64,000 nt of DNA from Pyrinomonadaceae bacterium (lineage in GTDB: Bacteria; Acidobacteriota; Blastocatellia; Pyrinomonadales; Pyrinomonadaceae): NCBI GenBank assembly GCA_036001745.1, contig DASYTZ010000142.1:1131-65130 (forward strand). Direction: 5' to 3'. A program made the translations under genes and the position numbers. Position 1 is the first letter of the stretch. The number at the start of each line of letters is the position of its first letter. The notes beneath the pieces are model-generated. The model saw only the letters and a list, made by a program, of their open reading frames with translations. It ran no database searches and was not told where the DNA came from. Of this stretch, positions 26,674 to 36,690 are shown in pieces.

Positions 26674-26890
26674 CCGAAACATCCGGTCACGCGATCGGTG
26701 ATAGTCGGACCAAGCGGGAGACTACGGGCACGACGGAAATCGAAACTGTTAACCTCTTTCCAACTTCTTAACGCTCGCCTCTCAAATTTACTCCGACCAA
26801 TCACCAACTGAAACGCGCTGCTAGGAAATAGTGGTTCGTATTCGGGCGCTCTGCCGGGACCGCCGACGAAAGCGTTAAGCAGGAGTGTTC

Positions 26891-28759
26891 ATGTCCACTG
26901 ACGAAACCAATACGGCTGGAGAGGCCGAAAGCCACCAGCCTTCACCTGAAAATAACCTGGCGACCGGTGTCGCCGCTGCGCAAACCGATCAGCAAGCACC
27001 ACCACAGGCTGATCAGCCGGCATCACCGGCGGACGATCAGCGCGACGAAGACGAACGTCGTACCTCGAGCGAGGACTTCGGGCAACTGCTCGATCAGTTC
27101 GAGCAGGAACAGTCCGCATTGCAGGAAGGCGAAGTCGTCCGCGGCACCGTCGTCGGCATTACTGAGCGCGGCGTGCTGATCGATTTCGGCTACAAGTCGG
27201 AAGGCATAGTCAATCCGGCGGAGTTTATGGAAAACGGCGAGGTGGCCGTCAAGCGCGGGGACGAAGTCGATGTGCTGGTGAAAGCAATGGAAACCAGCGA
27301 AGGATTTCCAGTGCTTTCGCGCGCCGACGCGGTGCGGCTGCGTGCCTGGGATGACGTCGAGAAGGCCTTCAACGAAGGAACGCCTGTTAAGGGTCGTGTG
27401 ATCGAAAGGATCAAGGGCGGCCTGCGTGTGGACGTGGACGGAATCGCGGCGTTTCTGCCGGGTTCGCAGGTAGACACGCGACCAATTCGAAATCTCGATT
27501 CGTTGCGGGGCAAAGAGATCGAAGCGAAGGTCATCAAGCTGAATCGCAAACGCTCGAACGTCGTCCTTTCGCGCAAGGCTGTGCTCGAGGAGCGCAATGC
27601 CGATAAGAAGGATCATACGCTCGGCCAGATCGAAGAGGACATCATCGTCGAAGGTCAGATAAAAAACCTGACCGACTACGGCGCGTTCGTTGACCTGGGC
27701 GGTATCGATGGATTACTGCACGTCACGGACATGTCCTGGGGTCGTCTGCAAAATCCGGCGGAGATGTTCAAGGTCGGCGACTCGGTGCAGGTAAAAGTGC
27801 TCCGCTTTGATCGCGAGCGCGAACGCGTCTCGCTGGGATACAAACAGCTACTGCCCGATCCGTGGGAAACAATCGAAGAGCGGTTTCCGCCCAGCACTCG
27901 CATAACCGGAAAAGTTGCCAGCGTTACCGACTATGGCGCGTTCGTCGAACTCGAACCCGGCGTCGAAGGGCTGGTGCACGTTTCGGAGATGAGTTGGTCC
28001 AAGCGCGTCAAGCACCCAAGCAAACTGGTTGGCCCCGGCGACACGGTCGAGGTCGAAGTGCTCAGCGTCGATCCAAAAGCGCGCCGCATCAGCCTTGGCA
28101 TGAAACAGGTTCAGGACAATCCCTGGCGCACACTCGCGGAAAGATACCAGGTGGGCGATCGTGTTCATGGCCGAGTCCGCAATCTCACCGATTTTGGCGC
28201 GTTCATCGAAGTAGAGGACGGAGTGGATGGCCTGGTTCACGTTTCAGATATTTCCTGGTCACGACGAATCAAGCATCCGGGTGAGCTGCTGAAGAAGGGG
28301 CAGGCGGTGGACGCGGTGATCACCGCGATTGACCCAGAGAATCGCCGCATGTCGCTGTCGATTAAGGACCTTGAGCCCAACGCCTGGAACGATTTTGTCG
28401 CTTCGCATAAGCCGGGAGACGTCGTCAAAGGAAAGATTGCGCGGTTTGCCAGCTTCGGAGCGTTCGTTGAATTGGGGGACAACCTCGAAGGACTTTGTCA
28501 TGTCTCTGAGTTGTCGGACGAGCGGGTGAACAAGCCCGAGGACGCCGTTCAGCTAGGCCAGGAAATGGACTTCAAAATCCTGCGCATCGATGCCGAGAAT
28601 CGAAAGATCGGATTGTCGGCCCGCGCGGCCAGTCATAACGAGCCGATCGTCGAAACGAAGATTTACACGTCCGAAGCAGGAGGCGGCATGGCGTCGCTCG
28701 GCGAGTTGGCCGATTTCGGCATCAGCAGTAAAACCACGAACGAGTCCGACGAGTCCTAG
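26891..28759 (+). CDS. rpsA: 30S ribosomal protein S1 with an acidic, Q/P-rich N-terminal extension
   Basis: Six S1 motifs (e.g. GTVVGITERGVLIDFGYKSEG, GQIKNLTDYGAFVDLGGIDGLLH). AGGAG lies 5 nt before the ATG at 26891. Confidence 0.95.
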   Translation: MSTDETNTAGEAESHQPSPENNLATGVAAAQTDQQAPPQADQPASPADDQRDEDERRTSSEDFGQLLDQFEQEQSALQEGEVVRGTVVGITERGVLIDFGYKSEGIVNPAEFMENGEVAVKRGDEVDVLVKAMETSEGFPVLSRADAVRLRAWDDVEKAFNEGTPVKGRVIERIKGGLRVDVDGIAAFLPGSQVDTRPIRNLDSLRGKEIEAKVIKLNRKRSNVVLSRKAVLEERNADKKDHTLGQIEEDIIVEGQIKNLTDYGAFVDLGGIDGLLHVTDMSWGRLQNPAEMFKVGDSVQVKVLRFDRERERVSLGYKQLLPDPWETIEERFPPSTRITGKVASVTDYGAFVELEPGVEGLVHVSEMSWSKRVKHPSKLVGPGDTVEVEVLSVDPKARRISLGMKQVQDNPWRTLAERYQVGDRVHGRVRNLTDFGAFIEVEDGVDGLVHVSDISWSRRIKHPGELLKKGQAVDAVITAIDPENRRMSLSIKDLEPNAWNDFVASHKPGDVVKGKIARFASFGAFVELGDNLEGLCHVSELSDERVNKPEDAVQLGQEMDFKILRIDAENRKIGLSARAASHNEPIVETKIYTSEAGGGMASLGELADFGISSKTTNESDES

Positions 28760-28921
28760 CTTCGTCGCTGCGCTGGCGAAGTCTGTAAGCTGTTGCTGTA
28801 CAAGCTCTTCAACCTTGCCGGAAAGCAGGTCGTTTGATAACCTAAGCCGCCAGGATTCCTGACATGATGCTCATCCGGCAATTCTTTTCTTGAGCTGATC
28901 GTTTTCGAACGAGGTGATCGC

Positions 28922-29242
28922 ATGACCAAGGCTGATCTCGTTGATGACGTAGCAAACGCTGCCGAACTGACCAAGAAAGACGCCGAGCGGCTGGTTGAGA
29001 TTGTCTTCGACAGCATCATCCAGAGCTTGAATAACGGCGAGAAGATCGAGCTTCGTGGATTCGGCAGCTTCCGCGTCCGCGGCCGCGGCGCGCGTCGGGG
29101 TCGCAATCCGAAGACTGGAGAGCCGGTCAACATCCCCGCCAAACGAGTTCCGTACTTCAAAGCCGGCAAGGAACTCAAAGAACTGATCAATCAAAACTCG
29201 GCGGCGCCGATTCTGACGAGCGGCGACAACGGGATCGGATAG
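28922..29242 (+). CDS. ihfB: Integration host factor beta-like / HU-family DNA-binding protein
   Basis: IELRGFGSFRVRGRGARRGRNPKTGEPVNIPAKRVPYFKAGKELK aligns closely with IhfB. The rpsA-ihfB order is a conserved synteny. Confidence 0.75.
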   Translation: MTKADLVDDVANAAELTKKDAERLVEIVFDSIIQSLNNGEKIELRGFGSFRVRGRGARRGRNPKTGEPVNIPAKRVPYFKAGKELKELINQNSAAPILTSGDNGIG

Positions 29243-29270
29243 GGCTCGTCGCGTCGGGGGAGCAAAGCCT

Positions 29271-29762
29271 GTGGAACGACTTTGGAGTCCCTGGAGGCAC
29301 GAATACATCGCCGCAGCTACATCCAAAATGTCCCACGAGGAACGCTGCATCTTCTGCGACGCCGAGCAGAATCCTGCCGACGACGAAAAGAATTTCGTGC
29401 TGCATCGCGCCTCGAATAATTTCGTAATCCTAAATCGCTATCCTTACATCAGCGGACATCTGATGATTGCGCCGAATGCGCACCTCAGCGAATTCGACTC
29501 AGCGCCGAAGGAAACGACCGACGAGATGATGGATTTGGCGAAGCGCTGCCAGGCGGCCCTGCGCGAGGTCTACCACCCGGACGGATTCAACCTGGGGATG
29601 AATTTGGGACGCGCCGCCGGCGCCGGCGTGGTCGATCACTTTCACTTGCACCTCATGCCGCGTTGGAATGGCGACACGAACTTCATGTCCACAGTGGGCG
29701 AAACGCGCGTGCTGTCGGAAGACTTGCCGACAACTTTTCGCAAGCTCAAATCGAAATTTTAG
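29271..29762 (+). CDS. HIT family nucleotide hydrolase/transferase
   Basis: Histidine triad HFHLHLMPR and N-terminal LWSPWRHEYI. GTG start. Confidence 0.85.
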   Translation: MERLWSPWRHEYIAAATSKMSHEERCIFCDAEQNPADDEKNFVLHRASNNFVILNRYPYISGHLMIAPNAHLSEFDSAPKETTDEMMDLAKRCQAALREVYHPDGFNLGMNLGRAAGAGVVDHFHLHLMPRWNGDTNFMSTVGETRVLSEDLPTTFRKLKSKF

Positions 29763-31444
29763 CTTCGGATTAAGCCACGCACGCTCGTGGCTACCTCGAT
29801 TTGTTCCAGCAACGGTGCCAGTGTCGAAGGATTTGTTGCGGAGATCGCGAGGTTCTCAGCGCCTGTCTGCGTGCGCATTTCTCGCTGCATTGCGCCCAGA
29901 GTTTCGGAGTCGATCGCATCTGCCTTGTTAAAGACCAGAAGCCGCGGAATGCGGTTCAACTCAAGTTCAGCCAGCGTGCGATCGACTGAGGCGATTTGCT
30001 GTTGCCACCGCGGATTCGCAGCATCGACGAGGTGAATCAGCAGCGAGCTGCCGGCGATTTCCTCGATCGTTGATCGGAACGCCGCCAACAGATCCGGCGG
30101 CAGATCGCGAATGAACCCGACTGTGTCATTGATGATCACTTCGCGCTCACGCGGCAAACGCAAACGCCGTGTCGTAGGGTCGAGCGTCGCGAACATCCGC
30201 TTCTCGGCCACGACGTGACTGGCCGTCAGCACATTTAGCAGCGTTGACTTGCCCGCGTTTGTGTAACCGACAATCGAAACAATCGGCACGTGATGACGCA
30301 ACCGCTCTTTCCGACGTTGTTCGCGATGAACACGCTGTGACGCAAGTTCCTTCTCGAGCCGATGAATGCGATCCCGCACGCGGCGGCGATCCGTTTCCAG
30401 CTTGGTTTCCCCCGGTCCACGGCCGCCAATGCCTCCTGCCAGCCGCGAAAATGCTGAGTTCTGCCCGACCACCAGGCGCGGCAGAATGTATTTGAGTTGC
30501 GCCAGCTCGACCTGGATTTTGCCTTCGCGTGACTGCGCGCGCTGTGCGAAGATGTCGAGGATTAGTTGCGAGCGGTCGATGACTTTCAAATCAGTCGCTT
30601 CGGAGATCGAGCGCACCTGCGCCGGCTGTAACTCACGATCGAAAATGACGGCGTCAGCGCCAAGTTGCATCGCGCGAATCAGCAGCTCGTCCAGTTTTCC
30701 TTTCCCCATCACAGTGCGCGGATCGATTGCGGCTCGCCGCTGAATTATTTCATCGAGCACCGCCCCGCCGGCCGACAAGGACAACTCGCGCAACTCGGCC
30801 ATCGAATCTTCGGCCTCGCTGATAGATCCGGTTGTTACGTTTACCAAAATCGCCGCGTCACCGGCGCCGGTGCGCTTGACGGTCCGGCGGTTGCGGGCCA
30901 TCTCGGCTTCCAGCGCATCCATCAAGGCGATGAAATCAACGTGCAGTTGACTTGGAACTGCCGGTTCGAGAAATCCAAACTGATCGCCCTGTCCGTTGTC
31001 GGCGACATTCGTCGGCGTGGTCGGCAAGATGTGCGCCGCGCGCACAACACCGGGCAAGCCGGTGCGTGCGTCGACGTCAATCGCAGCCATCAGGTCCAGC
31101 CGCAGCAATGCCAAATCGGTGAGGTCATCGCGAGTCAACTCCTCGCCCCGCAAATGTGTGTGCACGCAACGCAGTCCGCGAAAGCGGTCCGCGGCGACGC
31201 GCACGCGCTTGAAGTCGGGCAACTCGATGCGCCGCGCATCGCCGACCATCACGTGCTCGACGTAACCCTTGCGATCGATAAGCACGCCAATTTGCCGGTT
31301 AGTTTCATGCGATAATTCGCTTAGCTGCCGCGCAAACTCAGGGGTGACGATTTGATCCGGACTGACGCGGCGCTGGTAAAGCTTCTGAATGCGGCGCAGT
31401 TGGTTTGGTTTCAGACCGTGAGTGTTTCCGTGCAGACTCCTCAT
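29759..31444 (-). CDS. hflX: GTPase HflX, long form with an N-terminal extension of about 190 aa
   Basis: GYTNAGKSTLLN (G1), DTVGF (G3), NKAD (G4) and the HflX N-domain KIQVELAQLKYILPRL. Confidence 0.9.
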   Translation of the reverse strand: MRSLHGNTHGLKPNQLRRIQKLYQRRVSPDQIVTPEFARQLSELSHETNRQIGVLIDRKGYVEHVMVGDARRIELPDFKRVRVAADRFRGLRCVHTHLRGEELTRDDLTDLALLRLDLMAAIDVDARTGLPGVVRAAHILPTTPTNVADNGQGDQFGFLEPAVPSQLHVDFIALMDALEAEMARNRRTVKRTGAGDAAILVNVTTGSISEAEDSMAELRELSLSAGGAVLDEIIQRRAAIDPRTVMGKGKLDELLIRAMQLGADAVIFDRELQPAQVRSISEATDLKVIDRSQLILDIFAQRAQSREGKIQVELAQLKYILPRLVVGQNSAFSRLAGGIGGRGPGETKLETDRRRVRDRIHRLEKELASQRVHREQRRKERLRHHVPIVSIVGYTNAGKSTLLNVLTASHVVAEKRMFATLDPTTRRLRLPREREVIINDTVGFIRDLPPDLLAAFRSTIEEIAGSSLLIHLVDAANPRWQQQIASVDRTLAELELNRIPRLLVFNKADAIDSETLGAMQREMRTQTGAENLAISATNPSTLAPLLEQIEVATSVRGLIRS

Positions 31445-31542
31445 TAGTTCTGGAATTCATTTTAGCTCCGCCGTCTTCCGTTCCGAAGCGCCGCAGGTTC
31501 GACAATGTCTGCGGCCGCCGCTACCATGAGCTTTTGTTCCGC

Positions 31543-32589
31543 ATGAGCAATGACCCGATCATTGAACGAATCGCGCCGTCGGCGGCAATTCCGGGCGGCG
31601 AAATTGCGATTGATCTCGCCTCAGCTAAACACCTGAATCCAAAAAGCGTCGTCATAGATGGAGTCGAAGCTCACGTGGTGGCAGCTTCCGCCCAACGGAT
31701 CCTCACGTTGGTTCCGAACGAGAGTGAGGGCGGTGAAGTGCTGATCGGCCTTGGCCAAGACACCGCGCAATTCGGCGAACCTGCAAAGTTCCTCATCGGC
31801 ACCAGGCTGGCAGGGGACCTTCATCCGGTCGCTAATCCGGCCTTCGATCCCGCCGACGGATCGCTTTACGTAACCCGCTCTGGCTCGCGCGGCGAACACG
31901 TGCCGGTGTCGCTGTATCGCATCACGTCCGAAGGCATCGTCGAAGAATTTTCGGGCGACATCACGAATCCGACGGCAATTGCGTTTTCGCCGCGCCAGCA
32001 GATGTTTGTGACCAGTCGATTCGACGGCACAGTTTATCGCGTGTCGTCGTTGGAGGAGTGTTCGGTATTCGCAAGTGATCTCGGCATCGCAACGGGTTTG
32101 GCGTTCGATGCGGAGGGTGACCTGTTGGTGGGCGATCGTAGCGGAACGATCTTTCGGGTCAATGAGATCGGCGAAGCGGTTCGCTGGGCCGAACACGAGC
32201 CATCGGTTTCGGCTTACCACCTGGCGTTTGGTGCCGACGGCGCGCTTTATGTGACCGGGCCGACCGTCTCGAGCTTCGATTCCGTAACGCGCTTCGATAA
32301 AGCCGGCACCCCAACCGTGTTCTACCAAGGGCTGGGCCGACCTCAAGGTCTGGCATTCGACGTTGACGGCAATCTGTACGTTGCAGCTTCGCTGCGCGGG
32401 CGCCGTGGCATCGTGAGAATTTCTTCGGATGCAAAGGATGCCGAGCTGGTGGTGGCCGGCATGAACGTCGTTGGTCTCGCGTTCGGTCCCGGCGGAGACA
32501 TGATGGTTGCGACTAATGACGCTGTTTACCGACTGAAGATCGGAATACAGGGGCTCTTGTTTTCGCAGGACTGGTCTTTGACGCGCTAA
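31543..32589 (+). CDS. NHL / SMP-30-gluconolactonase-like beta-propeller protein with an N-terminal IPT/TIG-like domain
   Basis: Repeated GLAFDAEGDLLVGD and GLAFDVDGNLYVA blades. I used the ATG at 31543 because the track start at 31405 overlaps hflX. Confidence 0.7.
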   Translation: MSNDPIIERIAPSAAIPGGEIAIDLASAKHLNPKSVVIDGVEAHVVAASAQRILTLVPNESEGGEVLIGLGQDTAQFGEPAKFLIGTRLAGDLHPVANPAFDPADGSLYVTRSGSRGEHVPVSLYRITSEGIVEEFSGDITNPTAIAFSPRQQMFVTSRFDGTVYRVSSLEECSVFASDLGIATGLAFDAEGDLLVGDRSGTIFRVNEIGEAVRWAEHEPSVSAYHLAFGADGALYVTGPTVSSFDSVTRFDKAGTPTVFYQGLGRPQGLAFDVDGNLYVAASLRGRRGIVRISSDAKDAELVVAGMNVVGLAFGPGGDMMVATNDAVYRLKIGIQGLLFSQDWSLTR

Positions 32590-32650
32590 ACAGCGTGATG
32601 TTAAGTTCGGCGAGCACTAACAGTTTGACCTCAAGGCACTCGAAACCTTA

Positions 32651-33349
32651 ATGGGCAACATTGACGGCACCGCAATTGGTCAGTTTCTTCTTTCAATGGT
32701 AGCGCTGATCTTCTCTCTCTCAGTGCATGAGTCTGCGCACGCATGGATGTCGAACCGTTTTGGCGACGACCTGGCCAGGTTGCAAGGCCGCATCACCTTG
32801 AACCCGGTAGCGCATGTCGATCCGATTGGCACACTCTTGCTTCCCGCGATTGCCTTCTTCACTCACATCCCGGTGATTGGTTGGGCAAAGCCTACGCCGG
32901 TGAACCCCTTACGCTGGCGAAATAAACGAGTAGCCAATTTCTGGGTGTCTGCGGCCGGAGTGATCTGCAATTTCATCATGGCGATTATTGCCGGGATCGT
33001 TATGAGACTCTTGTTTGAAGCGAATCTTGTGGAGCTGGCCACGGATGGCTATCGCATCGTAGTGATTCCGCACAGCACCTCGCTGGTGGCAGAAGGCGCA
33101 GGACTCTTGCTGTCGATCTTTTTTACGCTGAATTTTGCGCTCGGCATTTTCAATCTGATTCCGATTCCGCCTCTGGATGGCAGCAAGGTGCTGCAAAGCA
33201 TTTTGCCGCCCGAGTTCGAGTCCGGATTCGATGCGCTCGAGCGTTTTGGCTATTTGCTGCTGATGGTGGCGATGTTCACCGGCATATTTGGTGTGATCTT
33301 CAGGATTTTCATGCCTCTTGGGGTAAAGCTCGTCCTGATCGGGACGTAA
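32651..33349 (+). CDS. Site-2 protease family (M50-like) membrane metalloprotease
   Basis: HESAHAW zinc motif within a TM helix, NLIPIPPLDGSKV second motif, multiple TM segments. Confidence 0.8.
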   Translation: MGNIDGTAIGQFLLSMVALIFSLSVHESAHAWMSNRFGDDLARLQGRITLNPVAHVDPIGTLLLPAIAFFTHIPVIGWAKPTPVNPLRWRNKRVANFWVSAAGVICNFIMAIIAGIVMRLLFEANLVELATDGYRIVVIPHSTSLVAEGAGLLLSIFFTLNFALGIFNLIPIPPLDGSKVLQSILPPEFESGFDALERFGYLLLMVAMFTGIFGVIFRIFMPLGVKLVLIGT

Positions 33350-33353
33350 CGAT

Positions 33354-34343
33354 ATGAAAAGAATTTTCAGCGGCGCGCAGCCGACCGGAAACGTTCATCT
33401 CGGCAATTACCTTGGCGCGCTGCGCAATTGGGTGGCGCTCCAGCACGAGTACGTGAGCTTCTTCTGCATTGTGAACCTGCACGCTGTTACGCTGCCTCAA
33501 GATCCGAAGATGCTGGTTGAGAAGACCCGCGAGCTTGCACGGATTTATCTCGCGGTCGGAATTGATCCGGAGGTCTCGACCGTGTTCGTGCAATCTGATG
33601 TTCCGGAACATGCGGAGCTGACTTGGCTGCTGAACTGCGTGACGCGGATGTCGGAACTCGAACGAATGACCCAGTTCAAAGACAAAGCTCGCAAGCAGGA
33701 AGAGAACGTCGGCGTCGGCTTGTTCGACTATCCGGTGTTGATGGCGTCCGATATTCTGCTGTATCAAACGGATCTGGTTCCGGTCGGCGAAGATCAGAAG
33801 CAGCACCTTGAGTTGACGCGTGACATTGCGATTCGGTTCAACCGGGATTACGGCGAGACCTTCCGCGTGCCCGACCCGTTTATTCCCAAAGTCGGCGCGC
33901 GCATCATGTCTCTGGCTGATCCGACGAAGAAGATGTCGAAGTCTGACGAGGAGAGCGAAGCCGGCTGCGTCATGCTGCTCGACAGCGACGATGCCGTGCG
34001 GCGGAAATTCAAGCGTGCGGTGACCGATTCGGGAACGGACATTCGGTTCGATCCAAACCGGCCGGCGATCAACAACCTGCTGACGATTTATCAACTGCTG
34101 ACGAACAAAACGTCAGATGAAATTGAAGAACATTTCAGCGGCAATGGATATGCGAAGCTGAAAGAAGAACTCGCCGATGTGACGGTTGAATTTCTGAAGC
34201 CGATTCAGGAGCGCGTGAAAGCGATTGATGATGGTAAACTGAACGCGATCCTGGAACGTGGCGCGACGCACGCGCAGGGCATCGCGCGAGTGACACTTGC
34301 GGACGCGAAAACGAAAATGGGATTGATTGGTGCGCGAAAATAA
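33354..34343 (+). CDS. trpS: Tryptophan--tRNA ligase
   Basis: GAQPTGNVHLGNYLGA (HIGH-type) and KMSKS. Confidence 0.95.
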   Translation: MKRIFSGAQPTGNVHLGNYLGALRNWVALQHEYVSFFCIVNLHAVTLPQDPKMLVEKTRELARIYLAVGIDPEVSTVFVQSDVPEHAELTWLLNCVTRMSELERMTQFKDKARKQEENVGVGLFDYPVLMASDILLYQTDLVPVGEDQKQHLELTRDIAIRFNRDYGETFRVPDPFIPKVGARIMSLADPTKKMSKSDEESEAGCVMLLDSDDAVRRKFKRAVTDSGTDIRFDPNRPAINNLLTIYQLLTNKTSDEIEEHFSGNGYAKLKEELADVTVEFLKPIQERVKAIDDGKLNAILERGATHAQGIARVTLADAKTKMGLIGARK

Positions 34344-35164
34344 TGGAGCATTCCGAACCCAACGACACGGTGACAAACCCAACTGAACCCGTGGCGGAAA
34401 CCGCGCCGGCGATCAGTGTCGCGGGTGCTGCGCCGGCAATCGCTCCCGACCGCGAAACTGATCAGCTAAGAGTAACGCTCGGCGAATTTGAAGGCCCGCT
34501 GGACCTGCTGCTGTACCTAATCCGGCAAGATCAAGTGAACATCTACGACATTCCGATTGCGCGAATCACAGACGAATACCTGCGTTATCTCAACCTGATG
34601 CAGGAGCTGGATCTGGCCGTGGCCGGAGACTTTTTGGTGATGGCGGCGCAGCTCATCGAGTTGAAGTCGCGCATGCTTTTGCCGCGCGATCCGTTTGCTG
34701 CCGAAGAGGAAGTCGAGGATCCAAGGGCAGACCTCGTCAATCGTCTGCTCGAGCACGAAAAATTCAAAGCGGCGGCGGAAATGCTCTGGTCGCGCGCGAC
34801 TGTAGAACGAGCCGTGTTCATGCGGGCCGAGATCGAAACCGACAAAAACAACCCGGAAGTCGCCGTTGGATTGTTCGACCTGTTGACCGTTTTTCAAAAG
34901 ATTCTCGCGCGGCACAAAGAAGAAGTGCTGATGGAAATAGAGCGCGAGGAAGTTACCATGGCTGAAATGATCGAACGCCTGCGGAACATGGTTCGCTCGG
35001 CGGGTGAACTGAACGTGATGAAGTTTTTTGAGCAAGCCAAGTCGCGTCGCGAGTTGGTCGTCGCATTTCTTTCGGTGCTCGAACTGGTGCGATTGGCCGA
35101 GATTTCGTTGACGCAGCGGGAGACATTCGGCGAAATCACTGCGCGAGCAGTAAACCCGGCGTAA
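34343..35164 (+). CDS. scpA: Segregation and condensation protein A
   Basis: FEGPLDLLLYLIRQDQVNIYDIPIARIT is the ScpA signature. TAATG overlap with trpS. Confidence 0.85.
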   Translation: MEHSEPNDTVTNPTEPVAETAPAISVAGAAPAIAPDRETDQLRVTLGEFEGPLDLLLYLIRQDQVNIYDIPIARITDEYLRYLNLMQELDLAVAGDFLVMAAQLIELKSRMLLPRDPFAAEEEVEDPRADLVNRLLEHEKFKAAAEMLWSRATVERAVFMRAEIETDKNNPEVAVGLFDLLTVFQKILARHKEEVLMEIEREEVTMAEMIERLRNMVRSAGELNVMKFFEQAKSRRELVVAFLSVLELVRLAEISLTQRETFGEITARAVNPA

Positions 35165-35171
35165 CAGAGTT

Positions 35172-35801
35172 ATGAGCGAACAAGCAAAAGCCGCGAAAGA
35201 AGCTGAAGCCGATCTCGCCGAGATGGTTGAATCCGACGAAATCGAAGGCACTCGGGAAATCTCGTCTTCGGAGTTGAAAGCGATCACTGAGGCTTTGATT
35301 TTCGTCGCAGACGATCCGCTTGATTCGAAGACAATCGCGAGAGTCCTGCGCGTCGATCAGTCCGCGGTGGACGAAGCGATCCGGTCGCTGGTCGAGGAAT
35401 ACTCAGGCCGCAGCGGCGGTTTGCAACTGCGCGAAATCGCAGGCGGCTGGCAGGTTTCGACTCGGCCTGAGCATCACGAACATGTCCGGGCGTATTTGAA
35501 ATCGAAGCCGAGCGCGAAGCTGTCGCTCGCATCATTGGAAACTTTGGCGGTCATCGCCTACAAACAACCCGTCACGGTCCCCGAGATTCTGGAAATCCGC
35601 GGCGTGCAATCGCCCTCGGCGATCAAAACGCTTCTCGACAAGCGGCTGATTGTCGCGAAAGGTCGCAAAGAAACCGTCGGACGGCCGATGATGTATGGGA
35701 CTTCAAAAGAGTTTCTCATTCAGTTTGGCCTGAAAGATTTGTCCGAGCTTCCGAGCATTGAAGATTTTCAGGACCTCGCCGGCGACGTCAGAAACGAATG
35801 A
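35172..35801 (+). CDS. scpB: SMC-Scp complex subunit ScpB
   Basis: LKAITEALIFVADDPL...LAVIAYKQPVTVPEILEIRGV...TSKEFLIQFGL. Confidence 0.85.
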   Translation: MSEQAKAAKEAEADLAEMVESDEIEGTREISSSELKAITEALIFVADDPLDSKTIARVLRVDQSAVDEAIRSLVEEYSGRSGGLQLREIAGGWQVSTRPEHHEHVRAYLKSKPSAKLSLASLETLAVIAYKQPVTVPEILEIRGVQSPSAIKTLLDKRLIVAKGRKETVGRPMMYGTSKEFLIQFGLKDLSELPSIEDFQDLAGDVRNE

Positions 35802-35814
35802 TCGACCACTTCAA

Positions 35815-36597
35815 ATGCAAGAGCGCCTGCAAAAGATAATTGCCGCCGCAGGCATCGCCTCACGCCGTCACGCAGAAGAACTAATCACATCCGGCCGGGT
35901 GACGGTCAACGGGAAGGTCGTTAACGAGCTCGGCACGAAAGCAGATCCCGGGACCGATCACATCAAAGTAAACGGACGTCTCATCAATCCGTTGCTCCAG
36001 CCGCGTGAAAAAGTTTATGTGTTGCTCAACAAACCAAAGGGCTATCTGAGCAGCTTATCCGATCCGAAGCGTCGCCCGCTGGTCACGGATCTGGTTCCGT
36101 CGTCGCTCGGACGACTGCATCCGGTGGGGCGTCTGGACTTCAATACGGAAGGGCTGTTATTGCTGACGAACGATGGCGAATTCACGAATCACGTTACGGC
36201 GGCGCGCAATCGCATCCCGAAGATTTACAAGGTGAAGGTGAAAGGCATTCCGTCCGAGAACGCGATTGCACGCTTACGTCGCGGAGTTCGGCTTAACGAT
36301 GGCCATCGCGCGGCGCCCGCAGAAATTCGACGGCTGAAGGAGACGGGCGTGAATGCCTGGTTTGAAGTCACGTTGCACGAAGGCCGCAATCAGCAAATTC
36401 GTCGCATGCTCGACGCGATCGGCCATTCAGTGTTGAAGCTTTCCCGCATTCAAATCGGCCCGCTGACTAATTCGAAATTGAAACCAGGCGATTGGCGATT
36501 GCTTACGCCAATCGAGGTCAGGAGGTTCTATCGACCCGCTAATTCTCATCGTGACTCGAAACAGCTTCGCCGAGGACTGCGAGTTTCATCGCGTTAG
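35815..36597 (+). CDS. rluB: Pseudouridine synthase, RsuA/RluB family
   Basis: S4 domain (RLQKIIAAAGIASRRHAEELITSGRVTVNG) and catalytic GRLDFNTEGLLLLTNDG. ATG at 35815. Confidence 0.85.
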   Translation: MQERLQKIIAAAGIASRRHAEELITSGRVTVNGKVVNELGTKADPGTDHIKVNGRLINPLLQPREKVYVLLNKPKGYLSSLSDPKRRPLVTDLVPSSLGRLHPVGRLDFNTEGLLLLTNDGEFTNHVTAARNRIPKIYKVKVKGIPSENAIARLRRGVRLNDGHRAAPAEIRRLKETGVNAWFEVTLHEGRNQQIRRMLDAIGHSVLKLSRIQIGPLTNSKLKPGDWRLLTPIEVRRFYRPANSHRDSKQLRRGLRVSSR

Positions 36598-36623
36598 GTT
36601 ACAATGACTGTTCGATAGTGATG

Positions 36624-36650
36624 ACGACAGGCATTTAGGCCTGTCGTTTC
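36624..36650 (+). terminator. Possible terminator after rluB
   Basis: ACGACAGGC-ATTTAG-GCCTGTCGT, a 9-bp stem, but followed only by TTC, so the U-tract is weak. Confidence 0.35.
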
Positions 36651-36690
36651 AGTGTGTGGCGAACGCGCGCTGAGACGAAAGCGATTATTA

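Noticed and set aside
33309-34094. 261-aa ORF antisense to trpS
   Set aside because: Shadow ORF opposite a highly conserved gene, with an Arg/His-rich nonsense-like sequence. The same reasoning applies to 912..1421, 19830..20531, 27023..27616, 30665..31315, 31621..32346, 34517..35287, 39319..40014, 24708..25400, 23530..24126 and 49446..49984.
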